Part shown: positions 53,342 through 64,000 of the stretch, in pieces
How the letters are laid out: every line of letters begins with the position of its first letter
Position numbering within the stretch: the stretch's first letter is position 1
Assembly (NCBI GenBank): GCA_964016885.1
Contig: OZ024743.1
Coordinates: 52,390,001 to 52,454,000, forward strand
DNA length: 64,000 bases
Source: Eledone cirrhosa
Lineage: Eukaryota
Direction of reading: 5' to 3'
Notes under the pieces: generated by a model
Told to the model about the DNA's origin: nothing
The model's database searches: none
The model's input: the letters and a program-made list of their open reading frames with translations, nothing else
Translations under genes and position numbers: made by a program

Positions 53342-53884
53342 ATATTGGCCACAAATTCTTCTATCAAACTGATGCCTCAATTGTTTCTGCAACAGCACCA
53401 ATCTCCTACAGTGAAGAAAAGAAGAACTGCATCACTTTTCCGCTTCATATTTCCATATTAAACAAGAAAAGATGTCTTCCCGGCATGCTTTGCCTCGGGG
53501 TTAAGATACAGCGATGCCACCCTATATATAAGAGTGGGGTTGCATGTTACTTTTCGGTCAGAGAAACTAGAGGTGTTCTGGCCATGGGCGCCCCGGTTAT
53601 ATGCTTATAGGTTCAGGCCAGCGATTTTGTCGGGTAGGGCACCCGCGGATATACCCCATTCAGGACAAGATCAATCAGTGAGACACCCCCGCGAAGTAGG
53701 TGAGCTATACTACCCCCCCCCCCCCCCCCCCACACACACACACCGTTATATTAGCTATTTTGGTTTTGTGCCTTATTTTTCTTCTCTTATCCTTGGCCGC
53801 AGACAATATGACGACAAAGAATTGGTAGCAATACCATCAGACCCTTCAGTGTTGAGTGAGATGCGCCAAAATTGAAGAACGGGA

Positions 53885-55240
53885 CCGTATGGTGCGATGC
53901 TAACAACATAGCGATGGGAGAGGAGGCAGTGTGGCCCAAGAAGAAGGGTGACTGCAACCACATCAATATGGCTGAATTGTACACCGTGTTAAAAGGAGTG
54001 AATCTGACCCTGAGACGGGGACTGCGTACTATCGAAATCTGAACCGATTCTGCTACTGTTCTCGGATGGGTGAGATCAGTAATCACTGGTGAGAAGAGGG
54101 TAAGAACGAAAGGAGCGGAAGGCATGTTAATAAATCACCGCCTTGGAATTCTGGGAGAGGTAGCAGCTGAGTTCATCCGGAAGCTGAGCGTGGTGTTTGT
54201 GCCCTCGGAAAGGAAGATGGTGGACATTCTAACCACAGTGAAGAAAACCTGGTTGGAAGTGCCAAATGAGTCGGAACGTGGGGTAGCTGCAGTGTGACGG
54301 CTGAGTTACCCGGAGCCAAAGAGATTGCATACCATGTATCATATGGAAGTGGATAGGACAGTTGACTCCGACATTACCAGACAGAACCTTGAGGAGTTGT
54401 AAGAGGTCCATCGACTCCGCTCCGATCGTCCGCGAGACGAGAAACATTCTAATGGAACACAACTGGAAACGATTGGCAGTGGATGTGACGCACCACCGAC
54501 AGGGGGCGTATATCTCAATGGTCGATTGGCAGTGGATGTGACGCACCACCGACAGGGGGCGTATATCTCAATGGTCGATTGGCAGTGGATGTGACGCACC
54601 ACCGACAGGGGGCGTATATCTCAATGGTCGATTGGTAGTGGATGTGACGCACCACCGACAGGGGGCGTATATCTCAATGGTCGATTGGCAGTGGATGTGA
54701 CGCACCACCAACAGGGGGCGTATATCTCAATGGTCGATTGGTAGTGGATGTGACGCACCACCGACAGGGGGCGTATATCTCAATGGTCGATTGGTAGTGG
54801 ATGTGACGCACCACCGACAGGGGGCGTATATCTCGTGGTCGATTGGTAGTGGATGTGACGCACCACCGACAGGGGGCGTATATCTAAATGGTCGATTGGC
54901 AGTGGATGTGACGCCCCACCGACAGGGGGCGTATATCTCAATGGTCGATTGGCAGTGGGTGTGATGCCCCACCGACAGGGGGCGTATATCGATTACGGAC
55001 AGAGGCGGATGGCAATATGGAAATAAATAAAAAACAAGGACTGCAGATGAAATTGCACGAATCCTGAACGAAATATTCTTGGAGCAGGTCCCTGTTGGTG
55101 ATTTGTTGATGGACAATGGCACTGCACTTCGTTCAGAGATGCTGAAGGAAATGCTTAACAAGTGGAACGTGAACGGCTTCTTCAGAGCAGCATATAGGCC
55201 AAGTGGAAATGGAATTGTGGAGAAGAGACGTGTATCACCA
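53885..55240 (+). mobile_element. Gypsy-type LTR retrotransposon pol relic (RNase H plus integrase)
   Basis: WCDA..HINMAEL..TDSATVLGW..VPSE; LAVDVTH..LLMDNGTALRS..AAYRPSGNGIVE. Confidence 0.85.
54471..54993. repeat. 53-bp minisatellite, about 10 copies, derived from the integrase coding region
   Basis: Unit GATTGGCAGTGGATGTGACGCACCACCGACAGGGGGCGTATATCTCAATGGTC encodes LAVDVTHHRQGAYISMVD. Confidence 0.95.
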
Positions 55241-55250
55241 ATTGAGGCAG

Positions 55251-55395
55251 TGAAGGTGTATGGCTTAGTGGTTAGAGCATTGGGCTTGCAATCGAAAGGT
55301 TGTGAGTTCAATTCTCGGACCGGATGATATGTTGTTTCCTTGAGCAAGACACTTTATTTCATGTTGCCCCAGTTTACTCAGCTGTAGAAATGAGA
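55251..55395 (+). mobile_element. tRNA-derived SINE, family 2
   Basis: TGGCTTAGTGG A box, GAGTTCAATTC B box, CCTTGAGCAAGACACTTTATTTC. Confidence 0.85.
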
Positions 55396-55525
55396 TGATA
55401 GGGACTGGGGTCCCTATCATTAAATTATCCAAGACTCCTCCAACGAGATATACCTTGGAGATGGGCCAGCTAAACCTGCATAGGTGTGAGCTGTCACACA
55501 CACACACACACATAGGTGTGAGCTG

Positions 55526-55566
<41 letters not shown>

Positions 55567-55756
55567 TGAGGCAGTGTTTTGGTTTAATATATCACCTAGG
55601 TTAGTTCAGGCTGAAGAGTCGGTAGCACATATTTAGATATGAATGGTGAAATGCTTTGTTCCAGCTGTGGAAGGGAGAGAAACTACTTTTATACAGAGAC
55701 GAAGTCTGGTCAAATCTCCAAAAGCTATATTTTTAAGGGTTCCTTCAAACTCGTCC

Positions 55757-55845
55757 AAGCGCCCGATGACTAGGAAACAAATTTGATCCCTCGTACAATC
55801 TGGAGATATGGTCAATATTGGGCCTTGAAACCTTAGGTAACGCTT
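55757..55845 (+). ncRNA. Hammerhead motif, family C paralog (CCGAUGA core)
   Basis: AAGCGc-CCGAUGA-..AGG..CCU-u-GAAAC-CUUAG-GUA-aCGCUU. Confidence 0.7.
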
Positions 55846-55974
55846 TTGTTCCGTGTATGAACCTAAATAAATAAATAATATATATATATATATATGATCT
55901 TAGCCCCACACAGGACTCTTTTCATGTATATATATATATGTATGTATATATACATACATATATATATATATATA

Positions 55975-56178
55975 TGAAAAAGTATGACCCCGACGACAGA
56001 GCTCAAGCCGTTTCGACGGCTATTTCTGGACTACAAATAGTCCAGAAATAGCCGTCGAAACGGCTTGAGCTCTGCCGTCGGGGTCATAATTTTTCCTATT
56101 ACCCACTCTACTACCCTAAGTATTGAGTACTCTGGTGCGTTATGGTCCATCTGGTTCCTTACCACAATTCCTTCGTTA
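55975..56178 (+). mobile_element. Family A element, fold-back copy
   Basis: Palindrome centred near 56035; tail matches 19375-19455. Confidence 0.85.
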
Positions 56179-56179
56179 T

Positions 56180-56267
<88 letters not shown>

Positions 56268-56296
56268 TATACTAGATTTACCAACTCATAATATTA

Positions 56297-56807
56297 TAAT
56301 ATTATAAAATTAAATCAATTTGTTTAGAACTACAAGTGAAGTCATTCTTTTCCTTTTTTTTCAAATATACCTAACTGTACCAAGGATCTCACACATTTTC
56401 CAATATATATAAATAAACAAGGCCGGAGATTACATAATCACATGCATCACTGACAGATATTTTTGCATACACAAAAACAAAATATAAACAAACAAGGCCA
56501 ACGATTACATCAGTTAGTCTTAGTGTACTTCATACTGCATATAGGTAGAAGATTCCGTTAAGGGTGAAAGCAGCGATAATTTTGCATACGCAATAACAAA
56601 ATATAAACAAACGTATTTATTTCACGAGGCTCGATAAGGATAAATATATATCAAATATATAAGAACCCTAGAGCAAATCCCGAGCAGCTCCGGGCCATTC
56701 TGCTAGTAATATCATAAAATTAAATCAATTTGTTTAGAACTACAAGCGAAGTCATTCTTTTCCTTTTTTTCAAATATACCTAACTGTACCAAGGATCTCA
56801 CAAATTT

Positions 56808-56820
<13 letters not shown>
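56297..56820 (+). repeat. ~115-bp direct duplication with a Helitron-like 3' end between the copies
   Basis: Copies at 56297 and 56707; CCCG-AGCAGCT-CCGGG hairpin then CCATTCTG-CTAG|T at 56678-56707. Confidence 0.6.
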
Positions 56821-56872
<52 letters not shown>

Positions 56873-57008
56873 CAAAAAACAACAACACAAGAGCAAGAAT
56901 GAAGGGTTAAAAATGAGTCTTGTTTGCATAATTGCAAACGAATCGAATGTTATTAATATTCGAAAAACGCAGATTATATATATATATATAAAGCGTTACC
57001 TAAGGTTT

Positions 57009-57138
<130 letters not shown>

Positions 57139-57406
57139 CGGGGTAGGTCAACTGGGCGTGAGAGACACTCTTTACTTTTCGGTAAACCATGTTGCTGAAA
57201 AAAAAGGCTGCTCTGATATAAAGCCATGTTATCATCATTGCTGAGACAGATATCTAATTCGGCAAGATGTCAGCAAGATATATACACATATATACATATA
57301 TACATATTCACATATTTACAGAGTGATACACAGACAGAATTTAGCAAGCAGCGAAACAGAAACAGAAACTACAAACATCAGGATAAATGCCTGCACCCTC
57401 CATATA

Positions 57407-57449
<43 letters not shown>

Positions 57450-57662
57450 ATGAGAAGAAAGAAGAATACAGCGTGGTTGCACATGGGTTACATATGATAA
57501 AATTAGTCCTTCGTCAGTGATTTGCCAACCATCATTGATATTTCATCGCATTAAAAATCATATACCTCATGTTGGTGCGAGCAATAACTAAAAAAAGCTA
57601 TTGGGACAAGTAAATCGCGTAAAGCGAGTGAGACAAGTAAACAACATAGAAGGATGAAAGCA

Positions 57663-57740
<78 letters not shown>

Positions 57741-57789
57741 ATAATAATAAACGTGAAGACTAAAATCCAAAGATTTTACATGCACCCCC

Positions 57790-57845
<56 letters not shown>

Positions 57846-57928
57846 ATAATAATAAATTTGAAGACTAAAATCCAAAGAGGGCTCGATAAGGATAAATATA
57901 TATCAAATATATAAGAACCGTAGAGAAA

Positions 57929-61406
<3,478 letters not shown>

Positions 61407-61735
61407 GGTGCATATATATATATATAGCTGGAAGTGCATGTATTTATATATATATATATTAGAAAGTGAGGTTTTTTTTACAAAATGAAAAATAACCGAG
61501 GTGTCCTACACGAGTGAAAGTATAAGGAAAAAGGATGAAATCGAAAATGCAACTGGAGTCTTTTTTTTTTAAATATAAATTTATTTAGTTCCTTTACAGG
61601 TTACGCAGTTCTTCTGCTTTTCTAAAGTAGAATTGAGATGGAGGGTTTGTGGTTTTTTTCTATATAAGGCGTGTATGTCTATGTATGTATGTATGTATGT
61701 ATGTATGTATGTATGTATGTATGTATGTATGTATG

Positions 61736-62123
61736 TTCTTCTGGTTTTATAATTTCACAAAGTTTTACCAATAGAGAGAGAGTCGGTTTCTAACATAGAC
61801 ACAAGACTCTCTCATTGGAATTTACACAACATCAACTAGGTAGATATGTATGTATGCATGCATGTGTAGATATGGATGTTATTGTATGTGTGGATGTGTA
61901 TGTTTTGAGTTGTATGTGTGCATGTGTATATGCTTTGTATCTGTACATGTGTATATGCAGTTATTAGATGCAACATTTTTGGAATGTTTTACATATTTTT
62001 ACTGTTCAATTAATGGATTTTACTTGTAGTTTCCTAACTAGTTGTGTTCTTTCTGTTCCTCTGAAGCCTAGCTTCTCAAGATTTGTATTGAGGTAGTTAC
62101 TAACATATCCCAGTGCCCTAATT
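61736..62123 (-). mobile_element. R4/Dong LINE, 5'-truncated copy within (ATGT)n
   Basis: Near-identical to 50475-50858; (ATGT)n on both sides. Confidence 0.93.
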
Positions 62124-62880
62124 ATGTATGTATGTATGTATGTATGTATGTATGTATGTATGTATGTATGTATGTATGTATGTATGTATGTATGTATGTA
62201 TGTATGTATGCATGTATGTATGTATATATGTACTTCTGCACACACACACGCACATACATACAGACGAGAAAAAGTATAAATAAAATCAATGAAAATTGTT
62301 TGTAAAATGTAAACAAAATGATTTGAACGTTTATCTTTTTCACCTCCAGCCTCCGCCGAACATGGTTTGATGTTTATCAGATTATCTCTTACACAGAGAT
62401 CAATACCCGAGGGGTATGTAACCATTTTTATGTACCCAGCAAAGTTTTCGTTTTATAGAAAAACGAACACGACTCCTCACAAAATATAAATAACAACAAC
62501 AAAATTATAAACAAACGAATATGAAAAACAAACAAACAAAAACGCAAGAAACAAACAGAAAACAATAAAATATTTGTAGAAATGAAAGAGTTTTTTATAG
62601 CTTAAAACATGGCGGATATGACTTGTTAAATATGGCGCTGAATTCATCTGGAATGTTTCGCATCGTGTGTCTGTGTGTCAGCGTTGTATGTGTGTTTATA
62701 TCGGTGTGTGTGTCAGCGTTGTGTGTATGTTTATATCGGCGTGTGTGTTTATATCGGTGTGTGTGTATGTGCTTATATCGATGTGTATGTAAGTATGTAC
62801 ATGCGTGTCATAGCATTTGTATGTTGTGGTTTGTATATGTATATATATATATTTATATATCTATACAAGTATAAGAAGTT

Positions 62881-63006
62881 TGAATGTACGTGAATTAGTG
62901 GGGGGTTCGGCTGATGATCGTATGGCCGTGAGTTTGATTCTCGGATGCGCGTTGTGTCGTTGAGAAGAGAGCTTATTTCACGTTGTTCCAGTCCTCTCAG
63001 CTGTAA
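62881..63006 (+). mobile_element. tRNA-derived SINE, family 2, degenerate
   Basis: GTGAGTTTGATTC..TTATTTCACGTTG.TCCAGT..CTCAGCTGTA. Confidence 0.65.
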
Positions 63007-63082
63007 TTCAAATACTCTGTTACGCTCAATCTCCAACAGAACTACATTAACGTACTCTATGTATTACCACATCTATGTATCT

Positions 63083-64000
63083 ATCTCCTTGAAAGGTCGA
63101 ACGGAGGTGGCGAACACTTTCATAGCGTCCGTCATCTACTACCGCTTGACTGTCGTGCCTTGTCCCCGTGAACACCTCGCCAAGATGGAACGCATGCTCT
63201 TCCAGTTTCTGTGGAAGAAGCAGGCTCCGCTGGTGAGGAGATCCGTCTGCTGTCAGCACCCTTCCAGCGGAGGGCTGGGAATGCCGTGGCTGATGATGCG
63301 CAAACATGCGCTGAGGCTGCGGCATTCCTCACCGACCCCCAACCGGTGTGGGCACCGTTTGTGAGACAGGCTTTCCCACAGCTCGTCTCGCTGTCGGAGC
63401 TGCAGTCCTGGGTCAAGAAAAGACCGAAAACGATGGGCGCCTGGCACATTGAATGCGCTCAGGCGCTCACAGTCCTCTGGCAAGCGGGCGCAGCAATCAG
63501 TGGAGACTCCACTTCGACATTCTATAGAGGGATTGTACGTTACAAGAGCAACGACGTGCTCGGAGAGACTCTGGGCGTCGAAGACGATGAGCTCACCAGT
63601 CTGTTTGGTAGGAATTTCCGCCCGGGACCTATGGACAACTTCCAGAGGTCCCTGGCCTGGCAGTGCTACCGAGGATCTCTACCGGTTCGTGACAAGATCT
63701 ACAGGCACGGACGCCCCGGCAGGGATCCTTCCAAGAGGACGTGTCCAAGATGCGCGCAGGACATTGAAACAGTCCTACACGCAATTGTACACTGCCCGGG
63801 CGTAACCGACCTGTGGAACTATGCAGAACAACTGCTGTCGCGTATGGGACAAATCCAGTTGACTGCCGAGTACATAGTAAGGATCAAACCGCCAGCCTCT
63901 TTCAAAAACGAAAGAGAGGCGGATTTCCTCTGTACGGTGGCTATAGTGAAAGAAGTTATATGGTGGACGAGGTTGAGAGGACTGAGGACAGATGCCTTTC
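63083..64000 (+). mobile_element. Tx1 LINE ORF2 3' fragment, runs off the window
   Basis: SLKGRTEVANTFIASVIYYRLTVVPCP matches 35820 onward. Confidence 0.93.

Noticed and set aside
54471-54993. CRISPR-like array
   Set aside because: Head-to-tail repeats with no unique spacers, no cas genes, eukaryotic context; the unit is integrase coding sequence.

Overview
This is a repeat-saturated animal intergenic/intronic window. The (TA)n/(CA)n/(CATA)n richness and the SINE types suggest a coleoid cephalopod such as octopus, but that is inference. I found no convincing host protein-coding gene; most ORFs in the track are microsatellite or antisense artefacts. Coding-derived elements, all decayed: RTE LINEs with C-terminal C2H2 fingers, an L1/Tx1 LINE plus two 3' fragments, an R4/Dong-type LINE with a 19-bp TSD in (CATA)n plus two fragments, a CRE fragment, mariner/maT transposase relics, a Gypsy RNaseH-integrase relic, a Penelope RT relic and a 3.3-kb fold-back Naiad-type Penelope element. 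Non-coding repeats include MITEs, tRNA-derived SINEs and an 8.7-kb 22-bp satellite with an internal inversion. The most notable hidden signal is a dense set of type I hammerhead ribozyme motifs (HHRs) from several unrelated small-element families, folded by eye. Many lie in fold-back repeats, and several share an atypical U.U closure of stem II. One sits in a terminally redundant, self-complementary ~476-bp unit resembling a retrozyme (circular RNA) insertion. A bipartite non-autonomous RTE derivative retains a 35-aa single-C2H2 micro-ORF. All RNA folds are manual and untested.
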